Shown here piece by piece: positions 21,601 to 30,122 of a DNA stretch of 64,000 nt. The position numbers were made by a program, and so were the translations under genes. This stretch comes from Candidatus Saccharimonadia bacterium (GTDB taxonomy: Bacteria > Patescibacteriota > Saccharimonadia > UBA4664): the NCBI GenBank assembly GCA_035544015.1, contig DATKIP010000010.1, positions 6,449 through 70,448 on the forward strand, written 5' to 3'. The notes under the pieces are model-generated. The model had not been told where the DNA came from and made no database searches. It saw nothing but the letters and a program-made list of their open reading frames with translations. Position 1 is the first letter of the stretch, and each line of letters starts with the position of its first letter.

Positions 21601-24600
21601 CAGCCCCTGCAGCGACACCGCCACCCCACTCGCCGTCGCCGCGTTGCGCCCGATGTTCACGTTCAGCGCGTTCGTTGCCCCGATGTTCACGTTGCCCGCA
21701 AACCCCGAGCCGTTCTTCGACCCAGCGTCGATCGTCACGTTCCCCGAGCTCGCATTCGCCGCCGTCCCGTTGCCCGACCGCAGCGTCACCCCCGCCGAGG
21801 AGCCGCTCGCCACATCCGCCGTCGCAAACAGCGGCGCCACCAAGCTCACCCCCGCCACACCCGTGTTCGAAATATTGAAATTCGAGCTCGCCTGCTGGCT
21901 GGTTTGGTTAATGATGTACGAACCCGCCGACCCTAGCAAAAACCCGCAGTTGGCCGAATTTTGAATACACAGCGTACCGCCCTCATCCGGCAACACCAGC
22001 GCTCGGGTATTCGTCGGCGTCGCAAATGTCAGCGCCGAGGTAAACCCGCCGCCCGTCCCCGTGATCTTCGAGCCGCCGAGTCCCGCCGCCCCCTGTAGCG
22101 TAAAGTTCTGCGTCATGCGGCCGATCGCCACCGAAGTCGCCGTGGCCGAACCAATGCTCAAAGCCCCCGCGCTCGGCGTATCGAGGCTAATCGTCTTCAC
22201 CGCCGTGCTGCCCGTGATCGTCCCCGCAGCGGTCAAGTCGCCACTCCCAGTCACACTGAAGTTGCTGGCCGTGATCAAGTTCGTCCCAAACGTCCCACTA
22301 AAATTAATCCCATTCGTCACGTTGGCACCCTGGATTTTGAGCGCATCCGTCACCGTGATCTGATTGCCCGTCGCCGTATCGTTGTTGGCCAGGTTCAAGA
22401 TCGACGCCACCGTGCTATCGGCCGGCGAGCCACCGTTGGCCGCCACCGCCAGGTTCGCCACCGTTTCGGTGTTGCCCGCCACCGTCGCCGCCTGCACAAA
22501 TTCCAGGTCGAGCCCCGCGATCAAATTCGCGCCGCTCACCGCCGTCGTCGCCTGCGCGTTCGTCGGATTGAGCGAAATCGCACTCCACGCCGTATTGGCC
22601 GCCGTATTATTCGCCGACGTCACCTTAAAAGCCGAGCCAGTCGTCAGCGCATTGGCCGTAATCGTGTGCGCGTCACCCGTCCCCGTAAACGCCTGCGCAA
22701 ACGTGCCGGCGCCGCTCGCCAAGCTCAAATTTTTGCCCGCCGCCACCGTCGTATTCTGGTTGAGGTTAATCGCCGTCGCGTTCGTCGTACCCACCGCCAG
22801 AGCCACGGCCGTCGCCGTATCGAGCAGTGGCGTTTGCAGCGACGTATCGAGCCGGCCCGTCCCCGAAATCCAGAAATTGGCCGAAGTCTGCTGAGCCGCA
22901 TTTTGGTTCAAAATAGCACTCGCGGCCGTCGCCGTACAGCCACTCGCCGTACAAACATTCGTCCCGCCAATTTTGTACGCCGAACCCGAAGCAATATTGG
23001 CGTCTCCGTTCACATCCAGCTTGTAGCTCGGGCTCAGCCCAATACCCACGTTTCCACCCGACAGCGCCGTGATCAGATCGGTCGACCCCGACCGCACTGC
23101 AATATTGCCGCCCGTTGTCTTCAAGTAGCCAGTGGTAGTGGTGCCCTCCCACGAGAAGCCCAAAATGTTGTTCTCGTCGGGGCTAAACAACCCCACCGCC
23201 GGCTGTACTGGCGTCGCCACATAGCTCGAGCCGTTCCACCCCCGCCGGTCAAACACCGAGATCGCCCGCGAATTCGTCGCCGCTCCCGACGGCAACCCAA
23301 ACGCCAGCACCTGCCCCGAACCACCCGGATCATACAACGGAATATTAATCTTCGTATCCACCCCCGACCCCACCGGCGTCGTAAACGTGTCCACGTACGC
23401 ACTGCTCGAACCGCTCAGCCGCAGCGCCCCCTTCACCTCCAGGCCTTCGTGCGCCAGCGTCGGCGCCGTACTCCCGCCCAAGGCAATGCCCACCCGGCTG
23501 TTGGTCGTGTCAACCGTGAACACGTTCGCATTGGTGCCACCCGCCGGCGTCTTGACGCTAAACGCCGCCGTACTCGTAGCCGTCGGCTGCACCACCGTCA
23601 CGCCACCGAGCGACACCGCTCCCGTACCCGTCCCAAACGTCCCGCTACCGCTTTGCAAAAAGTTCCCGCTCGCCTGCGCGTAACCCGTAATCCCGCTCAA
23701 GCCCCCCGCACTCGACACATCAAAGTTGGTCGAATCAATCGCAAGCGGCGCCGCCCCGCCCCCCAACGTAATCGCACCTGTAGCCGCGCCAATGTTTAGA
23801 TTCACCGCCCCCGTCGCGGTCAAACCACCCGTACCCTGAATCAATCCCGTCCCCGAATTCACGCCCACGCCCACCACCGCCCCCGCCTGGCTCACGCTGA
23901 AGTTGCTCGCCGTGATCAAATTCGTCCCAAATGTCCCACTCAAATTAATCCCGTTCGTCACATTCGCACCGTTAATTTTCAGCGCGTCCGTCACCGCAAT
24001 CTGATTCCCCGTCGCCGTGTCATTATTGGCGAGGTTCAAGATCGAACCCACCACGCTATCGGCCGGCGAGCCGCTGTTGGCCGCCACCGCCAAATTCGCT
24101 ACCGTTTCAGTGTTGCCCGCCACCGTCGCGCTCTGCGCAAATTGCACATCGAGCCCGGCGATCGTCCCCCCGCTCACCGCCGTCGTACCCTGGGCATTGG
24201 TCACCGCCAGCGCGACGGCGCTCCACGGCGTGTTGGCCGCCGAATTATTGCTCGATGTCACCCGCAATGCCGCTCCCGTCGTCAGCGAGTTCGCGGTCAA
24301 AGAATCCGCATCCGTGCCCTGCGCATTCGACGACCGCGTCACCGCCCCCGACTGGGCCACCGCAAACCGGCTCGTACCACCCTGCTGCAAATCCACCAAA
24401 TTCCCACTCGGACTACCCGCCTGATTATTCACCTTCAGCAGCGCCGCCCCCGCCCCCGGGTTCGCATTGGCCACAAGGTTGAGCGTCGAGCCCGTGCCTT
24501 GGTTGGTCAGATCAAGCACCCGGTTGCCGCTCGTGCTCGTGTTGGTCAACGCCAGCAGCGCCCCCGTCACGCTCGCACTCGAGGTATCCTGCGCGTTCTT

Positions 24601-25473
24601 GAGCAAATAGCCGGTCGCGCTCGCTGCCTGATACGTCGCGCTGCACGTGGTCGCCACCGTCGTACACAGCGTACCGCCCGCATCCGGAAAACTAATCGCA
24701 TTCGTACCCGTCGGCGTCACAAAACTCACCGTGGTCGTGTTCGCCCCATTCGTCGCCGTAAACACCGAGCTCGCATTGCCCTGAATCGTAAACGACGTAC
24801 TCGTTCGCCCCACCGTCACGCTCGTCGCCGTCCCAGTGCCAATCGACAATGCCGACGCCGTCGCCGTATCCACCAACGGCGCCTGCAGCGAGGTCGCCGC
24901 CTGCACGCTACCCGTCACGTTGAGCGAACCACTCTGCGCCGAGGCCGGGTTCAACTGCGCAAACGCCGAGCTGTCCAGCCCATCCAAAAGATCCGAGTTG
25001 AACGCGTACGGGCTAGCCGTAAATTGAATCCGCGGGCTCATCTCGCCATCAGTATTGAAATTGATTCCGAGGTAAATATTGTCGGTGTTAAAATCTACCG
25101 ATCCCGGCAAGCCCGTCACCGAGCCCAAATTGGTTTGGAAAATCCCATCAGTCACGGTCAAGGTTTTGCTTTCGGTCCAGATCGCCGACCCGCCGGAGCT
25201 CACCGAGTACAACTTAAACACAAACCCGTAGCTCCCGTCGGTCACATTCGTACCGTTCGAATTCACCACCTTGCCCTGAAAGTTGACCTGCTTGTTGATG
25301 CCAGTAGCGGCCACCGCCGGCCCGGCCCACGACGCCATCACCACGCTCACCAGTATCCCAAAAACCCCAGTCGCCGTCAGCGCCCTGGTTACCATGCGTC
25401 GGCTGTTTCCACCCGTTACCCGAAATCTTCGACTCGTTGCGAGACGACTGGGTACGCGCACACCTTCACACAA
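18628..25473 (-). CDS. Giant secreted fibre/adhesin, 2281 aa
   Basis: GINKQVNFQGKV...DGSYGFVFKLY N-domain paralogous to the 1405-aa protein; repeated TP(T/S)xxxxxxLPDxxGTLC and LLDTxTxxxLxIG modules; internal ~137-aa duplication; start uncertain (25473 TTG or 25395 ATG). Confidence 0.85.
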   Translation of the reverse strand: MCEGVRVPSRLATSRRFRVTGGNSRRMVTRALTATGVFGILVSVVMASWAGPAVAATGINKQVNFQGKVVNSNGTNVTDGSYGFVFKLYSVSSGGSAIWTESKTLTVTDGIFQTNLGSVTGLPGSVDFNTDNIYLGINFNTDGEMSPRIQFTASPYAFNSDLLDGLDSSAFAQLNPASAQSGSLNVTGSVQAATSLQAPLVDTATASALSIGTGTATSVTVGRTSTSFTIQGNASSVFTATNGANTTTVSFVTPTGTNAISFPDAGGTLCTTVATTCSATYQAASATGYLLKNAQDTSSASVTGALLALTNTSTSGNRVLDLTNQGTGSTLNLVANANPGAGAALLKVNNQAGSPSGNLVDLQQGGTSRFAVAQSGAVTRSSNAQGTDADSLTANSLTTGAALRVTSSNNSAANTPWSAVALAVTNAQGTTAVSGGTIAGLDVQFAQSATVAGNTETVANLAVAANSGSPADSVVGSILNLANNDTATGNQIAVTDALKINGANVTNGINLSGTFGTNLITASNFSVSQAGAVVGVGVNSGTGLIQGTGGLTATGAVNLNIGAATGAITLGGGAAPLAIDSTNFDVSSAGGLSGITGYAQASGNFLQSGSGTFGTGTGAVSLGGVTVVQPTATSTAAFSVKTPAGGTNANVFTVDTTNSRVGIALGGSTAPTLAHEGLEVKGALRLSGSSSAYVDTFTTPVGSGVDTKINIPLYDPGGSGQVLAFGLPSGAATNSRAISVFDRRGWNGSSYVATPVQPAVGLFSPDENNILGFSWEGTTTTGYLKTTGGNIAVRSGSTDLITALSGGNVGIGLSPSYKLDVNGDANIASGSAYKIGGTNVCTASGCTATAASAILNQNAAQQTSANFWISGTGRLDTSLQTPLLDTATAVALAVGTTNATAINLNQNTTVAAGKNLSLASGAGTFAQAFTGTGDAHTITANALTTGSAFKVTSANNTAANTAWSAISLNPTNAQATTAVSGANLIAGLDLEFVQAATVAGNTETVANLAVAANGGSPADSTVASILNLANNDTATGNQITVTDALKIQGANVTNGINFSGTFGTNLITASNFSVTGSGDLTAAGTITGSTAVKTISLDTPSAGALSIGSATATSVAIGRMTQNFTLQGAAGLGGSKITGTGGGFTSALTFATPTNTRALVLPDEGGTLCIQNSANCGFLLGSAGSYIINQTSQQASSNFNISNTGVAGVSLVAPLFATADVASGSSAGVTLRSGNGTAANASSGNVTIDAGSKNGSGFAGNVNIGATNALNVNIGRNAATASGVAVSLQGLAASSSFIFNDATNTNQLTLTSATPTGARSLVLPDTSGTLCADSGNCDGTTGTGYILNRTGTTQTGNYQISGTGRANTSLLTPLLDTPSGTTTLNIGTTNATAGINLNQNVTVASGKSVTVQGAFTQSGGAVSITSNAAAVLTTTSGALTITSAAAATWSTAAGDLGVSAAANLNLNGTAVNVGAVGVQTAASSVHIADTTSATGAQVVTIGSTAANAGNITTVQGGSAAGGGVVLAATTVGLAAANVTFTSGGARTLSVAAAASGAGNSLTIKAGTSGTGANNGGNLVLQAGATGGSGTTGSVVVKANGTDSATAFDVQNASGVSQFAVDTVGSQVITQGMTLQSNTITPSAAMTVGSTTQTLTLQGGNSTKITATNGANTVSVNFATIAGAGTYQFASPTTNTTYTICTSDLNSCGAGSTGYLRKGTANETSSANLTAGQFLYQFSNNGSLASNVLVLANGTGTASTLKVTAAANAGAGEALIYAKLTNASVGGNLIDLWSGPSGTETSKFSVNAAGAVTTASTINGQTISSTASFTGTVGTGGLLTASSLTVTNAATFSSGATVNTAALTANAGASIFSGINNNAGGITSAGAVSGLSSLQFNTAGTIDANAAVAVSIGTTNASTLNIGRAGGTLSLQGNTSSALTVSNGTNTTSLQFANPTGNIIYQFAAGTAGTYQLCSTLAATCGTTYAAYYANGYIQLAPGTAQADASANPSIFINKSTVSANYLLRLQANAADVFGVQANGIVTAAGTTYLGGTSSSYAMQVDTANFKVRIGTGTPTLGSGGANATAALYVSGSSEFAGTIRVGDGTNNATFDATTKEVTFAGTARHASAVRLTGEFAGAVLDADGSNNTGTMTAAYESTQRFGYYKWVTSQGTAQDYDIVATVPVPDDFSAWTGSPTFWTYGSAGSSMSVTITDTAGTVATNYNASALTVSTTWTARSVTTPAITGTYTQGSNMIVRIHLTAAATTGDVRLGTITLPYLTRW
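22252..24300 (-). repeat. Internal ~410-bp duplicated module in the 2281-aa gene (copies ~22252-22666 and ~23893-24300)
   Basis: Both copies encode ...TVAGNTETVANLAVAAN(S/G)GSPADS...SILNLANNDTATGNQI(A/T)VTDALKIxGANVTNGINxSGTFGTNLITASNFSV. Confidence 0.9.
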
Positions 25474-25634
25474 TTACTCCCTAAGCATAGCCATTTTCCA
25501 GGTAAAACACAAGCATTATCAGCCCCAAAATGCCTCTGGTGACGACACCCGCTCTCCCCCTCGCTCCGCACTCTCCGAAACTATATTCCCGGGGACATGA
25601 ATTTTAACCCAAGCTCACGCACCAGATCATCAAA

Positions 25635-26579
25635 TTATCGGCGGTGACGCGGCCGCACCCACAACCACCACGCCAACCCGCCCACCGCCGCGAGCGCCAG
25701 CAACCCCACCATCCACACCACTATGGCTCCCGCATACCAAAAACCGGTCACCAACGTCTTGGTAGCCTCCGTGCCGTCGTACCGGTATGTAGTTGTCAGC
25801 GAATACCGTCCCGGCAACCACGCCACCTTCGTGCCCAGCAAACCGACCCGATAGCGCCGAAAACTTTCGGGCAAAATTACTCCCGACGCCTCGTTGATAG
25901 CCGCTCGCTCCACCACCCGCCCCACCGGGTCCTTCACCTCCACCACCCCGCGCGGCACCACATGCACGTTGCCGCCGTTTTGAAACCGCAGCTCCACCCG
26001 ACCCGGCAACCGCACCCACCCCGCCGCGCTCGTCTGCGACGCCAAGCGCAAATCAACCTGCTGGCCACCATCCTTCACCGCCAACACCAAGCTCGAAAGT
26101 ACCTGCTTCACTCCCACCTGCTGACTCGCCGGCTGCCCGGCGTCATCCACCGCCGTCGCCAACACCGCCCCATAATGGCCGCCCGGCGCTAGCGTAGCGC
26201 GGTTATCAATCGTTACCAACACCTCCATCGTCGCCCCTGCCGACACAAACACCGCATTCTTCTCGAGCACCATCCACGACGCCAACCCATACTTGTGCAC
26301 GAGCTCGCTCGCCGGCGTGCCCAAAAACGCCACCCCACCTTGCTCGTCGAGCGCCCCAAAGTCCACCACGCTCAACCGAAAATTCTGATCGGTCGGGTTG
26401 CGATTCGTTAACTTCAGCGCATACTGCACACTCGGCTTATCCGCCGGCACCACCACCTGCGCAAACGCCGGTGATACCACAAGACCCGTCCCGCCCGTCG
26501 CCGCGCTCGCCCATCCTGGCCAAAAACCGCTCACCAAAGCAAAAATAATCCCAGCGCACCACGCTCTCCCCCGCCGCAT
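25635..26579 (-). CDS. DUF916-like membrane-anchored protein (paralog 2)
   Basis: Probable start MRRGRAW at 26579; LVVSPA, LAPGGHYG, FQNGGNVH, ILPESFRRY, PGRYSL, FWY + C-terminal TM. Confidence 0.78.
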   Translation of the reverse strand: MRRGRAWCAGIIFALVSGFWPGWASAATGGTGLVVSPAFAQVVVPADKPSVQYALKLTNRNPTDQNFRLSVVDFGALDEQGGVAFLGTPASELVHKYGLASWMVLEKNAVFVSAGATMEVLVTIDNRATLAPGGHYGAVLATAVDDAGQPASQQVGVKQVLSSLVLAVKDGGQQVDLRLASQTSAAGWVRLPGRVELRFQNGGNVHVVPRGVVEVKDPVGRVVERAAINEASGVILPESFRRYRVGLLGTKVAWLPGRYSLTTTYRYDGTEATKTLVTGFWYAGAIVVWMVGLLALAAVGGLAWWLWVRPRHRR

Positions 26580-26587
26580 CTCGATAC

Positions 26588-27652
26588 CTACCTTCGGCGC
26601 CGGCCGAGCCGCCGCGCCCCGCGCAAAGTCCCCCGCACCACCGAGTACACTCCAAAGCCCACGATCGCCAACACCACCGCCAGCACCGCCAAGAACCGCC
26701 ATGGAATCACCCAAAACGACACGTCGGCCTCAATCGGCACATCGCGCTTACCATCGTCATACACCGCAAACAAATGCCCCGTATACCGCCCAATCCGCAG
26801 CTTCGTCAGCTGCGTCCAGTCCCACTTGAGTTTTTGGACATGATTGCCGTTCTTGTCCAGCTTCACCTTACCGTCTTCCACCACATCCTCGTACACCGGA
26901 AAACCCTCGGTCCACTCCGATGGATAAACCCGGTTCGATCCCGGCAAAATATTCCCAAACGCACTATTGATCGGCACCACCCCTAGCTGCTTGTTCCCGC
27001 GCATAATGAAAACATCACCATGCGGCACTACGTGCACGTTGCCCGTATTCTTAAACGCTACCTTAAAATCCGCCGGCAAAAACTCATAAATCCGGTGCAT
27101 CGAGGTAAACGAAGCCAGGCCCAGCGTACGTTTCGCATTCGGCGAGCGCGCGTCGAGCAGCACCAACGTAGCCGCCGCCCCCGCCACCGAGTTGGTGCGT
27201 TCGCCTCGCTTCACATCGTCCCCCACGCGCGAAAACGCCACCGCATAGTAATACCCAAACGCCGCCGTTTTCGGCACGTTGATCGTCATTTTCACCGTCT
27301 GCCACACGTTCGCCGGAGCATCAAACTGCGTCTTATCAAACTTTACCCAATCAAAATAATCATCCCCCGGTTGCCGGTCCATCAGCTCCGGTTTGCCCTC
27401 CTCGCCATACGCGCGAAACTTCATGAGCGACACCTTGAGCCGCGCATCACTGCCACTATTTTGTTTTACCCGCAAATCGGCCGACACGCTCTTGCCCGGA
27501 TCCGCCTCCAGATTGATCGGCAGCGGCGAGACCTGCAGCACGAGCGCTCCCGTGCCGGGCGCCGGCGCATCCGCCGCACTCGCCACCGCCGGCGCCAGCC
27601 CCCAAGCCAATGCTAGCGCCACCCCCATTATCCGCACAATCACTCGCTTCAT
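26588..27652 (-). CDS. DUF916-like membrane-anchored protein (paralog 3)
   Basis: Probable start MKRVIV at 27652; LQVSPLPI, VPKTAAFGYYY, KNTGNVH, ILPGSNRVY, IGRYT, FWVIPW + TM + basic tail. Confidence 0.8.
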   Translation of the reverse strand: MKRVIVRIMGVALALAWGLAPAVASAADAPAPGTGALVLQVSPLPINLEADPGKSVSADLRVKQNSGSDARLKVSLMKFRAYGEEGKPELMDRQPGDDYFDWVKFDKTQFDAPANVWQTVKMTINVPKTAAFGYYYAVAFSRVGDDVKRGERTNSVAGAAATLVLLDARSPNAKRTLGLASFTSMHRIYEFLPADFKVAFKNTGNVHVVPHGDVFIMRGNKQLGVVPINSAFGNILPGSNRVYPSEWTEGFPVYEDVVEDGKVKLDKNGNHVQKLKWDWTQLTKLRIGRYTGHLFAVYDDGKRDVPIEADVSFWVIPWRFLAVLAVVLAIVGFGVYSVVRGTLRGARRLGRRRR

Positions 27653-27665
27653 CTCAAGACCCAGG

Positions 27666-28724
27666 TTAAAAATTACCGGCGCCCACCACCGTAATCGTGT
27701 CAGTATAATCATTACCCGCCGGCGTTGCCGCCGAAATCGTCGCTCGCTCGATCAGCGAAATCACATCCCCGTTGGCCGTCCCGCCGGTGCACGCAGCAAT
27801 CGGCTGATAGGTGGTGCTAAGCGTACCACCTTGAGCCGTTGTAGCGCCATTATATTCCGCATCAACCGCCAGCGTGCAGCCGCCGCTCGCATCGGTCGTC
27901 AAATCCGTATCGAGCACGTAGCCTTCGGCCCCGCCGTTGATCGTCGACGGCGCACCATTCACCGTGCCGGCCGTCGGGATCGTATAGGTCGTCGAAGCCG
28001 AATGCAGCCCCCCAAACTGATCCTTCGCCCACGCGATCCAGCCGCCCTTGGCGTTCGTGGTCACGGTCGCCGTCACCCCGTTCGTCGATACAATGCCGCC
28101 GGACCCCACCGTCGGGTCAAGGTTGCCCGTAAACGTATCCGCGTACCCGCTGAGCGTCAAAATAAACGACGGCGGCACTACAGCCGTCACCACGATCGAG
28201 TCATCGGTGTTATTCGCCAAAGCCACATACGTAAAGTCCACCACCACGCTACCCGAAGTCTGCGTCTGAATATTCGCCTGCTGGCTATTGGCCGCCGCGG
28301 ACGCCGTCGTGAGCGTACTCGTGCCGGAAAAATTAAAACAATACTGCGTGCCTACTGTGAGGTCGCTCGAAGGAAATGTCGCTGCTTTGGTACCGTTATC
28401 CGCATTCGAAGCCGTCGTAATGCCCGGCCAAGCCGTTGCCGTAGCCGGAATATTGGTTGTAGTCACCGTCCAGTTGGCCGCCGTAGTGTTGAGCGTATAT
28501 GTCGAAGGAAACGTCACGATAACCTTAGCCTCTGTTCCCACCGTGGCGGGCGTGGCGCAAACCATCCCCCCCGTCGCCGTGTTGACCTTCATGCGATCGA
28601 GCCGCACAAAGGCCTGCTGAAATGCCCCCTCGGCCGTTGCCGGGAGGAGCTGTCCCACCACACTGAGCATCAACGCTACAGCCGAAACTACTCTCAAAGA
28701 CGGGCGCCGACTCCAGCGGTGCAT
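27666..28724 (-). CDS. Secreted WxL/pilin-like subunit, family B2
   Basis: Signal peptide; FQQAFVRLDRMK..TATGGMVCATP, ATAWP, DLTVGTQYCF, TNAKGGWIAW; ends PAGNDYTDTITVVGAGNF. Confidence 0.8.
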   Translation of the reverse strand: MHRWSRRPSLRVVSAVALMLSVVGQLLPATAEGAFQQAFVRLDRMKVNTATGGMVCATPATVGTEAKVIVTFPSTYTLNTTAANWTVTTTNIPATATAWPGITTASNADNGTKAATFPSSDLTVGTQYCFNFSGTSTLTTASAAANSQQANIQTQTSGSVVVDFTYVALANNTDDSIVVTAVVPPSFILTLSGYADTFTGNLDPTVGSGGIVSTNGVTATVTTNAKGGWIAWAKDQFGGLHSASTTYTIPTAGTVNGAPSTINGGAEGYVLDTDLTTDASGGCTLAVDAEYNGATTAQGGTLSTTYQPIAACTGGTANGDVISLIERATISAATPAGNDYTDTITVVGAGNF

Positions 28725-28832
28725 TCAAACTCCATCAACACTACTTGCTCAGTAGTGTATCCGAAGCATAAGAAGCATGCAACTGCCTATCGGTCTGTGA
28801 GGCCGAAAGACCCGCGCTTCATTACCTTCCTC

Positions 28833-29972
28833 TTAAAAGTTACCCGCGCCCACCACCGTGATCACATCCGTGTAGTCTGATCCGGCCGGCGTACCGCCGC
28901 GGATTACCGCGCGCTCGTAGAGGGTCAGTACATCGCCGTCCGAGGTGGCCGGCGCGGCGCCGCCACAGCTGGCGATCGGGCGATAGCTCGTATTGCTCAG
29001 CACACCGCCGCCGTTACCGCTCGCACTGTTGAAGGCGGCATCGATCCCGTAGGGAGTAGTAAACCCACAGCCACCCGTCGCATCGGTCGTCAGATCCACG
29101 TCCATCACGTATCCCTCGCGTCCCACACCACCGCCACTCGCTACCAGGTCGAAGGCGGCGTCACCCGTCACGTGCAGCTGAGTCGGGTAGGGGTTCTTCA
29201 GGCCAGAATCAATCGTGTAGTTGGCCGCCGCCGAGTGCAAGCCCGCGTACTGATCCTTCACCCAAGCAATCCAGCCGCCCACCGCGTTGGTCGTGACGGT
29301 CGCGGTCACACCCGCCGTCGACACAATATTGGTAGGATCAAGGTTGGTCGTAAACGCATCCGTGAAGGCACTTAGCGCGATCGTGAAGTTCGGCGGCACT
29401 ACCGCGCTCACCACGATACTGTCGTCGGTTGTCACCGTGTAGGCCCAGTTGGTCTGGTTGACGGGCAGCGGCGTACCCGCGTTGTCGTATGTCACCAGCG
29501 TGGCACCAGTGATGCTCACCGAAGTCGTCGCCGAACCGTTCGTCAGCCGCGCCGCCGTGTGAAAGCAGTACTGCGTGGCCGCGGTCAAGTCGCCCGAAGG
29601 AAATCGCACCGTGTGGCCGCTCACGGTCGTCGCCGTCCCGATGCTAGGCCACGCCGTAGCTCCCGCCGGCAAGTCGCTCGTATCCACCGTCCAGTTCGAA
29701 GCCGTCGAGTTGACCACGAAGTCCGTCGCCCCACCGTCAGTCGGGAAGGTCACGTCCACCAACGTCTCTGTCGCACTCGTCGAAGCCGCCGACGGGGTAG
29801 CACACACCATCACGCCCGTAGCCGTCAGCGCCTTATGACGATCCGGCCGCACAAACGCCTGCGTAAACTGCGGCGGAGCCGCCTGGGCAACTCCCGAAAA
29901 AGCCGGCACCCATAACTCTGCTACGAGAGCGGCGACGGCGGCGACGATAAGTCTGATTTTTGGTTTGTTCAT
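28833..29972 (-). CDS. Secreted WxL/pilin-like subunit, family B1
   Basis: Signal peptide; FTQAFVRPDRHK..TATGVMVCATP, ATAWP, DLTAATQYCF, TNAVGGWIAW; ends PAGSDYTDVITVVGAGNF. Confidence 0.8.
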   Translation of the reverse strand: MNKPKIRLIVAAVAALVAELWVPAFSGVAQAAPPQFTQAFVRPDRHKALTATGVMVCATPSAASTSATETLVDVTFPTDGGATDFVVNSTASNWTVDTSDLPAGATAWPSIGTATTVSGHTVRFPSGDLTAATQYCFHTAARLTNGSATTSVSITGATLVTYDNAGTPLPVNQTNWAYTVTTDDSIVVSAVVPPNFTIALSAFTDAFTTNLDPTNIVSTAGVTATVTTNAVGGWIAWVKDQYAGLHSAAANYTIDSGLKNPYPTQLHVTGDAAFDLVASGGGVGREGYVMDVDLTTDATGGCGFTTPYGIDAAFNSASGNGGGVLSNTSYRPIASCGGAAPATSDGDVLTLYERAVIRGGTPAGSDYTDVITVVGAGNF

Positions 29973-30050
29973 TTGTTTAACTTTATTTTCGCCACCACAG
30001 TGATTGGGTGGTTCGAGAGACTTTTAAGGACTTTTTAAGAATCTGCTCCC

Positions 30051-30111
30051 AGCTTATCGGAAACCGCTTATGCCTGTCAACTCTTTTTTACAACAGTTGA
30101 CAAGCATAAGC
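30051..30111 (-). promoter_or_regulatory. Sigma70-type promoter for subunit B1 overlapped by a 17-bp inverted repeat (candidate operator)
   Basis: Minus strand TTGACA(30075-30080)-N18-TAAGCT(30051-30056); arms GCTTATGCCTGTCAACT (30066-30082) and AGTTGACAAGCATAAGC (30095-30111), 16/17 complementary. Confidence 0.65.
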
Positions 30112-30122
30112 CCAGTCCCTGG

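Noticed and set aside
1928-25473. Prophage tail region
   Set aside because: The fibre-like genes have signal peptides and host-type codon skew; no capsid, terminase, portal or integrase is present
14112-25542. Long + strand ORFs (e.g. 824, 775, 466 aa) antisense to the giant genes
   Set aside because: Arg/His-rich shadow frames produced by high GC and codon bias of the real minus-strand genes; no recognisable motifs
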